From Patescibacteria group bacterium (lineage in GTDB: Bacteria > Patescibacteriota > Minisyncoccia > Phycocordibacterales > UBA9973), in contig JAGWUB010000001.1 of assembly GCA_028868715.1 (NCBI GenBank), forward strand, positions 1 through 51,479: a stretch of DNA of 51,479 bases, read 5' to 3'. Under the pieces are notes generated by a model, which saw only the letters and a program-made list of their open reading frames with translations, did no database searches and was not told where the DNA came from. Positions 17,899 to 26,966 of this stretch are shown here, piece by piece. Positions within the stretch are counted from its first letter, which is position 1, and each line of letters begins with the position of its first letter. Both the position numbers and the translations under genes were made by a program.

Positions 17899-20097
17899 AT
17901 GGCAAAAAATGGAACTAAGAAGAAGGGTGTTAAGTTGGAAAATTCTCTCGGACTAAAGACTCACACCAAACATGGGATAGTGGGTATTATTTTTTTTGTT
18001 TTGGCATTGTTTTGTTTGATGTCTTGGTTCAACGCTGCTGGTATGGCTGGAGATTTTTTTTATAATACAATTTTTCTGCCTTTGCTTGGGTTGGGCTACG
18101 TACTCTTGCCGACTTTGTTTATTCTACTCGGATACTCATTTATAAAGTCAGAGGTGCCAAACATCGGCTGGACTCGGGTCATCAGTAGTACATTATTTTT
18201 ACTTTCAGGTCTCGGGATGATAGATATAGCTTCAGGTAAACATTCCGGAGGACTCTTGGGAGAATTTATGTCCATACCTTTTGTCAGCCTTTTTGATACT
18301 TATGCTAGTCTTGTTTTCCTCGGAGCGATTTTAATAATCTCAATCTTGATAATGTTTGATGCAAAAATGGATTTTGCCCCAGTTCTTAAAAAAATATGGT
18401 CATTCTTTTTTAAGAAAAAAGCAGAGGAGCCTGTCGAAGATACAAGTCCTAGTTATTATGAAGAAGAGGTTGCTGAAGAACCAAAAGAAACTGCAGGAGA
18501 AAAAATTAAAAACGCTTTGGGTGTCGGCAAGAAGAACCCAGTATTAAATTCGGGACAAGAGAACGAAGAAGAAGAAATGCCAATTAAAAAAAGAACTGGA
18601 TTGATCTCTACCTATGTCCCTCCCCCACTCTCCTTACTAGAAGAAGATAGTGGTAAACCAAATACTGGAGATATCAAAGCCAATGCAAATATTATAAAAC
18701 GAACCTTGGCAAACTTTGGCATTGAGGTAGAGATGGATGAGATAACTATCGGGCCAACCGTCACTCGTTATGCCCTCAAGCCAGCTGAAGGAGTAAAACT
18801 TTCACGCATTGTCGGCCTGCAAAATGACCTAGCCCTCTCACTCGCGGCTCACCCTATCAGAATAGAAGCACCGATCCCAGGCAAGTCTTTGGTTGGTATT
18901 GAAATTCCAAACAAATCAAAATCAATCGTAGGTCTGGCTACCCTTCTCTCGGATGATAAGTTTAAAAATACTCCAAAACCACTGACTATCGCTCTCGGCC
19001 GTTCAATTTCAGGTAAGGCAATTTTTGGAAACCTAGCTAAAATGCCACACGCTCTCGTCGCCGGTACGACTGGTTCCGGAAAATCGGTAACGATTCACTC
19101 TATGATTACTTCCCTCCTATATAGGAATGGACCAGACGATCTAAAGTTTATATTGATAGATCCAAAACGAGTAGAGCTGACTCTATACAACAATATTCCA
19201 CACTTACTCACCCCAGTAATTACTGAAGCCAAGAAAACAATTTTGGCCTTAAAATGGGCAGCCAAGGAGATGGATCGTAGGTATGACATACTGGAAACAG
19301 AATCCGTTCGAGACGTAGAATCCTATCATGCCAATATCTGGGGCAAGAATCAGAAGAAAACAAAGAAAAATGGTGATGGTATAGACGAAGAGGTAGCTGT
19401 AGACCGCTTACCATATATTGTCATTATTATAGATGAGTTAGCAGATATAATGAGCACCTACCCTAGAGAACTAGAGTCTGCCATCGTCCGCCTAGCTCAG
19501 ATGTCTCGAGCAGTAGGCATTCACTTGATATTATCCACCCAACGCCCTGAAGTAAACGTAATTACCGGCTTAATAAAAGCCAACATCCCAGCCAGAATTG
19601 CCTTAAAGGTTTCTTCGCAAATAGATTCTCGGACAATCTTGGATGCTGGTGGAGCTGAAAAACTTTTAGGAGCTGGTGATATGCTCTACTCTTCCGGAGA
19701 TGCTCAACCAGAGAGACTCCAGTCTGCATTTATCTCCGAGGGAGAAGTAAAAAAAGTAGTGAATTATTTAGCCAATGCCTACAAAGACGAAGTATCCGAA
19801 GAAATAACCCTGACTGCGAGCTCTGTTTTAAATGATAAAAGTATTTTTGAAAGTACCTTGGACGATTCTGGGGATGATGACGATGAAATGTATGAAGAAG
19901 CTAGAGCCTGCGTCATAGAAGCTGGCAAGGCATCTACTTCCTATCTACAGAGGAAATTAAAATTGGGTTATGCTCGCGCGGCACGACTCATGGATAAACT
20001 AGAGGAACGAGGAGTAATTGGCCCAGGAGACGGCGCCAAGCCGAGAGAAGTATTGGAGAAAATAATCCATAATGAAAATGGTGAGAACGTAATATAA
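17899..20097 (+). CDS. ftsK: DNA translocase FtsK
   Basis: N-terminal TM segments and an acidic linker are followed by a motor domain with Walker A GTTGSGKS and Walker B IIIDELAD. The gamma winged helix is present (STSYLQRKLKLGYARAARLMDKLEERGVIGP). Confidence 0.95.
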   Translation: MAKNGTKKKGVKLENSLGLKTHTKHGIVGIIFFVLALFCLMSWFNAAGMAGDFFYNTIFLPLLGLGYVLLPTLFILLGYSFIKSEVPNIGWTRVISSTLFLLSGLGMIDIASGKHSGGLLGEFMSIPFVSLFDTYASLVFLGAILIISILIMFDAKMDFAPVLKKIWSFFFKKKAEEPVEDTSPSYYEEEVAEEPKETAGEKIKNALGVGKKNPVLNSGQENEEEEMPIKKRTGLISTYVPPPLSLLEEDSGKPNTGDIKANANIIKRTLANFGIEVEMDEITIGPTVTRYALKPAEGVKLSRIVGLQNDLALSLAAHPIRIEAPIPGKSLVGIEIPNKSKSIVGLATLLSDDKFKNTPKPLTIALGRSISGKAIFGNLAKMPHALVAGTTGSGKSVTIHSMITSLLYRNGPDDLKFILIDPKRVELTLYNNIPHLLTPVITEAKKTILALKWAAKEMDRRYDILETESVRDVESYHANIWGKNQKKTKKNGDGIDEEVAVDRLPYIVIIIDELADIMSTYPRELESAIVRLAQMSRAVGIHLILSTQRPEVNVITGLIKANIPARIALKVSSQIDSRTILDAGGAEKLLGAGDMLYSSGDAQPERLQSAFISEGEVKKVVNYLANAYKDEVSEEITLTASSVLNDKSIFESTLDDSGDDDDEMYEEARACVIEAGKASTSYLQRKLKLGYARAARLMDKLEERGVIGPGDGAKPREVLEKIIHNENGENVI

Positions 20098-20099
20098 GC

Positions 20100-20468
20100 A
20101 TGAACTTAAGCGCGAAAAAAATATTAAAGATAGGTAGCATTTCTGTATTTTTTTTACTTATCTTTATTTTTGCCTTTTTACGTTCTAGTGATCTGATCTT
20201 TGGGGTAAAAATAAGAAATGTAGATATCAATGGCTTGCCAGCACAATCTGGAGCAAAATTTACCGACAATATACTGAAAATAACCGGAAATGCGAAAAAT
20301 GCTACGCACTTAATTTTAAACGGCCGAGAAATATCAATAAATCAAGTGGGAGACTTTAGTGAGACAGTTGCCTTGCTTTCAGGCTATAATATAATTAGTA
20401 TTCAAGCTAAAGATAAGTTTGGAGATATTGATGAAAAAAATTATAAGTTAATGTTCACCCCATCATAA
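20100..20468 (+). CDS. Hypothetical membrane-anchored protein with small beta-rich extracytoplasmic domain
   Basis: ORF track. It has one N-terminal TM helix, starts 3 nt after the ftsK stop, and has no family call. Confidence 0.55.
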   Translation: MNLSAKKILKIGSISVFFLLIFIFAFLRSSDLIFGVKIRNVDINGLPAQSGAKFTDNILKITGNAKNATHLILNGREISINQVGDFSETVALLSGYNIISIQAKDKFGDIDEKNYKLMFTPS

Positions 20469-20482
20469 ACAGGGTAAAAATT

Positions 20483-21523
20483 ATGTTAAAGAAAAAAGCA
20501 AAAAAAGAAGACAAAACAATGGGTGAAGCCGTATTAGAAGATACCTTAAAATCCATCCAGAATAAATTTGGAGAAGGTTCTATCATGAAATTTGGCGATT
20601 CACCAAAGGTAGATATCAATGTCATCCCTACTGGTTCTATCGGCCTCGATATGGCTCTCGGTGTGGGTGGAATACCACGCGGTAGAATTATTGAGATATT
20701 TGGACCAGAATCTTCTGGTAAGACTACCCTTTCCCTGCATATTGTAGCCGAAGCACAAAAACAAGGTGGGGTTTGCGCCTATATAGATGCCGAACATGCA
20801 ATGGATCCGGACTACACAAAGAAACTCGGAGTTAATATAAATGACTTACTTATTTCTCAGCCAGACAATGGCGAACAAGCGTTAGAGATTGTAGAGAGCT
20901 TGGTGCGCACCGGCAAGATTGATGTCATTGTCGTAGACTCCGTGGCCGCCCTAACTCCAAAAGATGAGATTGAGGGCGATATGGGGGCTTACCATGTGGG
21001 TAAGCAGGCACGATTGATGTCTCAGGCTTTGCGTAAACTCACCGCCATAGTCGCACGATCTAAAACTGTAGTAATTTTCATAAACCAGATCAGAATGCAG
21101 ATCGGAGTGATGTTTGGTAATCCAGAAACTACACCCGGAGGTAAGGCTTTGAAATTTTACACTTCGGTTCGTCTGGATATACGAAAAATCGCCCAAATTA
21201 AAAAAGGTGAAGAAGTCGTCGGTTCACGTACTCGGGTAAAAGTGGTAAAAAACAAGGTTGCGGCACCATTTAAGCAAACAGAGTTTGATATTATCTACAA
21301 TGAAGGAATTTCTAAGGAAGGCGAAGTGATGGCACTCGGTGAGAAATTTAAAATAATAGAAAAAAGTGGCAATACTTACTCCTACTTACCTGCTGGAGAG
21401 AAAGCCGAGAAAATAAAATTGGGTGTAGGTTATGATTCTACGCGAAAATTCTTGAAGGAGGATAAAAAAATCTCAGGACAGATTTTGAAGGAAATTAAGA
21501 AAAAATTTGCAGAAGAGGCATAG
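20483..21523 (+). CDS. recA: Recombinase RecA
   Basis: [12 protein letters not shown], Walker [19 protein letters not shown] and the [20 protein letters not shown] loop are present. An alternative start at ATG 20519 (MGEAVLE...) is possible. Confidence 0.97.
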   Translation: MLKKKAKKEDKTMGEAVLEDTLKSIQNKFGEGSIMKFGDSPKVDINVIPTGSIGLDMALGVGGIPRGRIIEIFGPESSGKTTLSLHIVAEAQKQGGVCAYIDAEHAMDPDYTKKLGVNINDLLISQPDNGEQALEIVESLVRTGKIDVIVVDSVAALTPKDEIEGDMGAYHVGKQARLMSQALRKLTAIVARSKTVVIFINQIRMQIGVMFGNPETTPGGKALKFYTSVRLDIRKIAQIKKGEEVVGSRTRVKVVKNKVAAPFKQTEFDIIYNEGISKEGEVMALGEKFKIIEKSGNTYSYLPAGEKAEKIKLGVGYDSTRKFLKEDKKISGQILKEIKKKFAEEA

Positions 21524-21541
21524 TTTTGCTAGGATACTTGC

Positions 21542-22120
21542 ATGTCTCAATTGCAATACAACGAAATTCGCGAAAAGAAAATAATTATCTATAGTGGGGA
21601 GCCATGCGAAGTGGTGGAATCTCATGTTGCTCGCACTCAACAGCGAAAACCTCAAAACCAAGTAAAGTTAAAAAGTTTAATCTCCGGCAAGACCATCGCG
21701 GCTACTTTCCATGTCTCCGAGTCAGCGGACGAAGCAGATATTGAAAAGCGAGATATCACCTTTTTATATCAAAACAAAGGAGAATTTTGGTTTTGCGATC
21801 CAAAAGACAAAAGTAAGAGATTTAAATTAGATGCAAGCCTTATCGGTAATGTAGGAAAATTTTTGAAGCAAAATGGAAATGTTACGGCCCTAGTTTGGGA
21901 TGATGACGATGAAGAAAAAATTATCAAAGTCACTTTGCCAATAAAAATGGAATTTTTAGTAAAAGAAGCTCCCCCAGCTGTACGCGGAGACACGAGTAAA
22001 GGAGGAAATAAAATTATTACTCTAGAAAATGGCACGACTCTAAACGCTCCGATGTTTATCAACGAAGGAGACACCATACGCCTCAATACTGAGACTGGTG
22101 ATTATGTAGAACGAGTATAA
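21542..22120 (+). CDS. efp: Translation elongation factor P
   Basis: The 192-aa product has an EF-P-like N-terminus (...GEPCEVVESHVARTQQRKPQNQVKLKSLISGK) and the three-domain length. Confidence 0.93.
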   Translation: MSQLQYNEIREKKIIIYSGEPCEVVESHVARTQQRKPQNQVKLKSLISGKTIAATFHVSESADEADIEKRDITFLYQNKGEFWFCDPKDKSKRFKLDASLIGNVGKFLKQNGNVTALVWDDDDEEKIIKVTLPIKMEFLVKEAPPAVRGDTSKGGNKIITLENGTTLNAPMFINEGDTIRLNTETGDYVERV

Positions 22121-22238
22121 AAAAAATTAGCAAATTGTTTTTATCAAGACTTTGCGCAGGCTGACGAGCCGAGCAGGAACAAATTTTCAGCAGAAAATTA
22201 TGTGTGTCTTGAGAAAAATAGATTTGCTAATTTTTTTT
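22121..22238. terminator. Nested long inverted repeat between convergent efp and rpsR (bidirectional terminator candidate) enclosing GC-rich motif copy B
   Basis: Outer arms aattagcaaat (22125-22135) and atttgctaatt (22222-22232) are flanked by A/T runs. Inner arms are tcaagac (22144-22150) and gtcttga (22206-22212). Confidence 0.5.
22152..22176 (+). repeat. GC-rich 25-nt motif, copy B (ttgcgcaggctgacgagccgagcag)
   Basis: See copy A. It lies directly downstream of the efp stop. Confidence 0.85.
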
Positions 22239-22437
22239 ATTTTACGACAAAAGGCAATAGTCCTAGGAATCTAGCATGCTTGATAGCTGAGGTCAGCTGA
22301 CGTTGATTTTTAGAGGTAACACCAGTGCGCTTGTGACTCATGATCTTACCATTCCCATTCAAAAATCTCTTTAAGATATCTGTATCTTTATAGTCTATGT
22401 ATTTTATATTGTTGGCTGAAAAGTAATCTTGTTTCAT
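22237..22437 (-). CDS. rpsR: 30S ribosomal protein S18
   Basis: IDYKDTDILKRFLNGNGKIMSHKRTGVTSKNQRQLTSAIKHARFLGLLPF is S18-like, and the gene sits in the conserved rpsF-ssb-rpsR order. Confidence 0.92.
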   Translation of the reverse strand: MKQDYFSANNIKYIDYKDTDILKRFLNGNGKIMSHKRTGVTSKNQRQLTSAIKHARFLGLLPFVVK

Positions 22438-22463
22438 AAATTTTATTATCTGTTTTAATTTGG

Positions 22464-22916
22464 TTAAAATGGAATATCTTCTGGGCTAATGTCTTCTTCT
22501 GGGTATTCGATAGAATCTATCTCTTCGGGGCTGGAGCTAGCCTTTGCTGTAGATGCTCCCCCTGCGCTTGGTGCTCCCCCGCCTGAAGCTCTAGGGCCAA
22601 ACTGGGTGCGATCAGCAATTATTTCGGTACGATATTTTTTCTCACCACTTGTCTTATCATCCCAACTTCTAGTCTGCATTCTGCCTTCCACTAGAATAGA
22701 ACTTCCTTTTTTCATATATTGCGCTACCGTTTCGGCTTGTCGTCCGAAAACTACGACGTTGTGATAATCAGCTGATTCTTGTCGAGCACCGTTTTTATCT
22801 TTCCAAACACGATTAGTAGCTAGAGAAAATGAACAAACTTTAATACCTGAAGGTAGTGACTTTAATTCTGGGTCGCGGGTGAGGTTTCCTATTAAGATTG
22901 CTTTGTTTAAATACAT
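22464..22916 (-). CDS. ssb: Single-stranded DNA-binding protein
   Basis: It has the OB-fold N-terminus (MYLNKAILIGNLTRDPELKSLPSG...), a Gly/Ala/Ser linker, and an acidic tail ending DIPF. Confidence 0.95.
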   Translation of the reverse strand: MYLNKAILIGNLTRDPELKSLPSGIKVCSFSLATNRVWKDKNGARQESADYHNVVVFGRQAETVAQYMKKGSSILVEGRMQTRSWDDKTSGEKKYRTEIIADRTQFGPRASGGGAPSAGGASTAKASSSPEEIDSIEYPEEDISPEDIPF

Positions 22917-22925
22917 ATCTTTGGT

Positions 22926-23441
22926 TTAATTTGCAATTAATGCATCAATTTCTTTATCTACTTCTTCTTTATCTATAGGAGTAAGAGCTTCGTCTGATTT
23001 CTTGACTGTAAAAGTTCTCTTGACGCCTCTGCTTCTTTCAACAAATCTCTTTGTAGCTATCGTATTTTCTTTGACTGTTTTTATAATCAAAAATCGAATA
23101 ATATTTGGATCTAGATCTAGGTGTTTTTTTAATTCCACAATTTGCTCAGGATCCATATTGAATTTGACCCAACCAAAATAAGCAGAATCAAATTTACTAC
23201 GTACATTGGAAACAACTTTGAGCATAGAGTAAGCCAAGGTCATTTGTTTTGGCATTTCGTCTGATATAATTTCGCCCTTGAAGTTTGTGGTTATCACATC
23301 TTTTAGGTCGCCATACACCGCTGGGATGTTTTCCCCTGCTATGGTTGGCACCAAAAGGTAACCGAGTTCATAAACTCTAGAATTTGCGTCCTCTGATATT
23401 TCATTTTTATCCTTTATTTCCATATCTTGTATGAGTTTCAT
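22926..23441 (-). CDS. rpsF: 30S ribosomal protein S6 (with N- and C-terminal extensions)
   Basis: The core YELGYLLVP...GEIISDEMPKQMTLAYSM...AYFGWVKFNMDPEQIVELKKHLDLDPNIIRFLIIK is S6-like, and the gene is in the conserved operon position. Confidence 0.85.
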   Translation of the reverse strand: MKLIQDMEIKDKNEISEDANSRVYELGYLLVPTIAGENIPAVYGDLKDVITTNFKGEIISDEMPKQMTLAYSMLKVVSNVRSKFDSAYFGWVKFNMDPEQIVELKKHLDLDPNIIRFLIIKTVKENTIATKRFVERSRGVKRTFTVKKSDEALTPIDKEEVDKEIDALIAN

Positions 23442-23468
23442 ACTAGCAAAAATACCTTAAAAAGTAAA

Positions 23469-23538
23469 CCCCCACACCTATCTTTTGGAATTTTTTTAAA
23501 CACACTTTTTAATGTAATTAAAAGATAGGTGTAGGGGG
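23469..23538 (-). terminator. Long (18-19 bp) near-perfect hairpin between tatD stop and rpsF start
   Basis: The arms cccccacacctatctttt (23469-23486) and aaaagataggtgtaggggg (23520-23538) have one bulge and a 33-nt loop. On the minus strand the hairpin is followed by a T-rich tract. It is either a terminator of the upstream operon or an rpsF leader element. Confidence 0.55.
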
Positions 23539-23547
23539 TGAACTTTG

Positions 23548-24396
23548 CTAAATCCCGAAAACTCGTTTGGCATTTGCCACAATGGCCCTAGCTACTTCGT
23601 CCTCGGGCAGACCTTTGACTAAAGCTATTTTTTTAACTACTTCCCGCACATAAGCAGGTTCATTTCGCTTGCCTCTGTGGGGAATAGGAGCTACGTAGGG
23701 GCAGTCCGTCTCAGTCATAATCATATCAAGCGGTGTACTTTTTATTACTTCATCATAATCTGTGGTGAAGGTTATCACTCCAGTAAAAGAAAGGGTAAAA
23801 CCAAAGTCTAAAAATGCTTTCGCTTCGGGCATGCCACCAGCGAAAAAATGCACGTCACCTTTGACCTTTGCATGTTGTTTCAACAACTCTAGCGCATCAA
23901 AATACGCATTGCGACTGTTATCCTTTGGGTTGTTGCGAATATGCAACATGATTGGTTTATTAAATTCGTTGGCTATCTCTATCTGCGCTATTAAAGCTTC
24001 CCTTTGCTTTGCTATCGATGCTTCGTCCATCCGATAATAATCAAGCCCACATTCCCCTATCCCGAGAACTTTTGGATTTTTTAATAATTCACGGTAAGCA
24101 TCTTTGTTAAAAACTTCTCCGCGCGAAGTAAATTCCTTGCCACCTTCGCCGAGCTCTTTGATGTCGTGATATGAAGCTCCGGTATGTATGGGATGAAGCC
24201 CAATGATCGCATACACACCTTCCTTATACTGACTGGTCATCTCCACTGCTTTTCTAGAAGTATCTATCTGGGTGCCGACATTTATCACCCAAGTATCATT
24301 ATCCAAGGTACGTTTCATCACTTCATCCCTATCGGCATCAAAAGCGATAAAATTCACATGTGAATGTATGTCGATGTACTTTGGTTCTTTGGGCAT
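23548..24396 (-). CDS. tatD: TatD-family metal-dependent hydrolase/DNase
   Basis: YIDIHSHVNF (HxH), IGECGLDY, MLHIRN, GDVHFF and ETDCPY are present, which is the TatD motif set. Confidence 0.9.
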   Translation of the reverse strand: MPKEPKYIDIHSHVNFIAFDADRDEVMKRTLDNDTWVINVGTQIDTSRKAVEMTSQYKEGVYAIIGLHPIHTGASYHDIKELGEGGKEFTSRGEVFNKDAYRELLKNPKVLGIGECGLDYYRMDEASIAKQREALIAQIEIANEFNKPIMLHIRNNPKDNSRNAYFDALELLKQHAKVKGDVHFFAGGMPEAKAFLDFGFTLSFTGVITFTTDYDEVIKSTPLDMIMTETDCPYVAPIPHRGKRNEPAYVREVVKKIALVKGLPEDEVARAIVANAKRVFGI

Positions 24397-24397
24397 T

Positions 24398-25843
24398 TTA
24401 TTCTTTACGCAAAAACAATGGAGCTTCTGGTTTTTTGTTTTCTTTAATTAATTTTTTAAGAGTTGTGTTTGTCTCCGGCATTATTGGATTTAACATTCTC
24501 GCGATGTCATAAAGTTCTAAAATCATTTTTACAATTAATTCCTTTCCTTTTTTTTCATCCACTTTTATTACCTTAAATGGTTCTGTGGTTTGAATAAATT
24601 TATCAAGTTCACTTACTTTATTCCAAATATGGTCTGTGGCTTGTTTAATATCAAACTTTTCAAAAAAACCAAAATATTCTGTAAAATCAGACTTTTCTGA
24701 AATTTCTGGACACTTTTCCAAATATTTTTCAGACAAGGTTAATATGCGGGATGCTAAATTTCCCAAACCATTTGCCAGCCCAGAATTATATGAATCCTTA
24801 AAACGTTCCATGGTAAATGGGCTATCTTCAAAAGAAGAAATTTCGCGAAGCAAGAAGTAGCGTAATGCGTCAGCCCCGTATTCATTTACAATTTCAGTAG
24901 GGTTAACAACGTTGCCGATAGATTTAGACATTTTGATTCCTCCTTCGCCAGTAATAAAACCATTGATGATAATTTTATTTGAGTTTGGTAGCTCCGCTGC
25001 CATCAGCATAGCCTGCCACATGGCTGATTGTTGTCGTAGATTATCTTTACCAGCGTATTGGACTGGAGTACCTCGCACCCAAAATTTTTCAAATTGTTCT
25101 TTGTTTTCAGGCCAACCCAAAGTAGAAATATAATTCACTAAAGCATCAAACCAAACATACATCACGTGATTGTCATCGTCTGGCACTGGTACTCCCCATG
25201 GCATTTTTGATTTGAGGCGAGAAATAGAAAAATCCTCCAGTCCTCTCTCTACAAAAGATTTAATTTCATTGTAGCGGAAGTCGGGCACAACGAAACTCGA
25301 ATTTTTTTTATAAAATTCTAATAAGGGTTTCTGAAAAGCGCTAAATTTAAAAAAGTAATTTTCTTCATCAATGTTTTCTATTTTTAAATGCGGATGAATT
25401 AAACAATTCCCGTCTGCATTGAGTTCGGAATCAGTTTTATTTAACTCACACCCTACGCAATATTTTGCTTGATAAGTTTTTTTGTAAATAAAGCCGTTTT
25501 TTTTAACTAAATTCCAAAATTCTTGTGCTGCTTTTAGGTGATGCTCGTCGGTAGTTCGGATGAAGTGAACATCGTCAGAAATATTCAACAAATTTTTTAA
25601 TTCCTTAAATTTTAAAGCGTATTTGTATACATAAGCTTTTGTGTCTATGCCTTCGGCCTGTGCTCCTTGAAAAAGCTTTAGTCCGTGCTCATCTGTGCCG
25701 GTATTGAAAAATACTTCGTAGCCCTGAAGTTTTTTGACTCGAGCGATAGCATCCGCCCGAATTATTTCCATCGCAAAGCCAATATGGGGCTCAGCATTTA
25801 CGTATGGAAGTGTGGTTGTAATATAAAAACTTTTATTATCCAT
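24398..25843 (-). CDS. metG: Methionine--tRNA ligase (short form, no C-terminal tRNA-binding domain)
   Basis: It has the class I HIGH region (PYVNAEPHIGFA) and KMSKS (IKMSKSIGN). A MetRS-type CxxC knuckle region is present (YCVGCE...CLIHP). Confidence 0.95.
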   Translation of the reverse strand: MDNKSFYITTTLPYVNAEPHIGFAMEIIRADAIARVKKLQGYEVFFNTGTDEHGLKLFQGAQAEGIDTKAYVYKYALKFKELKNLLNISDDVHFIRTTDEHHLKAAQEFWNLVKKNGFIYKKTYQAKYCVGCELNKTDSELNADGNCLIHPHLKIENIDEENYFFKFSAFQKPLLEFYKKNSSFVVPDFRYNEIKSFVERGLEDFSISRLKSKMPWGVPVPDDDNHVMYVWFDALVNYISTLGWPENKEQFEKFWVRGTPVQYAGKDNLRQQSAMWQAMLMAAELPNSNKIIINGFITGEGGIKMSKSIGNVVNPTEIVNEYGADALRYFLLREISSFEDSPFTMERFKDSYNSGLANGLGNLASRILTLSEKYLEKCPEISEKSDFTEYFGFFEKFDIKQATDHIWNKVSELDKFIQTTEPFKVIKVDEKKGKELIVKMILELYDIARMLNPIMPETNTTLKKLIKENKKPEAPLFLRKE

Positions 25844-26939
25844 TTTTTCTAGCTAAAATCTTGTGTTGTTCAACGTCGCTCAAAAATTCCATAACGATTA
25901 CGGCCATTGGGATAGAAAGTACTCCGCCCCAGATTCCACCTAGCTCCAGACCAATCAAGATAGATAGGATGATGACAATTGGTGAAAGACCGACTACTTT
26001 TTTGATTATTAGCGGGGTGAATAGGAATACTTCAAATTGGTGAATTATCAAGTAAGCTCCAGTCACCAATAAGGCACTAGAGAGTCCACCAGAGAGGTAG
26101 GAGAAGGCAAAAGCTGGAACTAGCGACACTAGCATCCCATAGGGCACGAGCTCCATGATTCCGGCGATTAGTGCCAAGAGAAGCGCATACTGTATACCCA
26201 AAAGTGAGAGGGTGAGGTAAATAAGTACGGCAATGACTAGCCCAAGGAGCATCTGCCCTTTCATCCAAAGAGCTATCTTTCTGCTAGAACGTTTCCATAG
26301 ATCCACCACATAATCTTCGTGTTTAATTGGAAAAATAATTCGCAAAAAATTTTCTATGCCGTGCTCTTGGACCGAAAGATAAAATGAAATCAAAATTATC
26401 AATATGAAATTGAAAATACCGCCGAAGATTACGGAGAAGGTTTGGAAAAATCCGCCAGAGAGATTGGTAATAAAAGCTTTAGATATTGACATCAAAGCCG
26501 TAATCGAGAAACCCCCTGAAAGACTGCTGACAATGTCTTTAGCGCCAGAAAATGCTTCATTTTGGAAAAAATTCAAGAAGGATATTCCTGGAATATAAGA
26601 GGACATGAAGGTCGAGAAATTATAAAGTTCAGTAATCAAAAGCGGAGCAAACAGATAAAACATTGCCGCAAGTACAAGCAGTGAAACTGCATATAAAATT
26701 ACAATTCCGACTACCCTGCTGATTCCTATTTTTTTAAAGTAAGGGACAGAAGACTCTACAAAGGAGGCAATGACAATTGCCGTTAAAATCACCAAGATTA
26801 AATCTCGCAAAACCCATAACAAAAAAATACACAAGGCAACCAAAAAGACTCTGATGATTGTCTCTGTAGTTATAGAAATATGGGTAATATGGGCATTGTT
26901 TTCTCGCTCAAACATATAAATATAATAACATAAAAACAC
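25836..26939 (-). CDS. AI-2E/PerM (UPF0118) family membrane transporter
   Basis: About 8 TM segments are present, with family-typical C-terminal motifs (LVPYGM..., GGIWGGVLSIPMAVIV). An alternative start at ATG 26915 is possible. Confidence 0.8.
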   Translation of the reverse strand: MFLCYYIYMFERENNAHITHISITTETIIRVFLVALCIFLLWVLRDLILVILTAIVIASFVESSVPYFKKIGISRVVGIVILYAVSLLVLAAMFYLFAPLLITELYNFSTFMSSYIPGISFLNFFQNEAFSGAKDIVSSLSGGFSITALMSISKAFITNLSGGFFQTFSVIFGGIFNFILIILISFYLSVQEHGIENFLRIIFPIKHEDYVVDLWKRSSRKIALWMKGQMLLGLVIAVLIYLTLSLLGIQYALLLALIAGIMELVPYGMLVSLVPAFAFSYLSGGLSSALLVTGAYLIIHQFEVFLFTPLIIKKVVGLSPIVIILSILIGLELGGIWGGVLSIPMAVIVMEFLSDVEQHKILARKNG

Positions 26940-26966
26940 CCCAGCTGTACACAGACCGGCGAAATA

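Noticed and set aside
22161-22168. 'ctgacgag' inside GC-rich motif copy B, resembling the hammerhead ribozyme CUGAUGAG core
   Set aside because: No adjacent stem II, no GAAAC element and no cleavage-site context are present. Copy A lacks the motif altogether.
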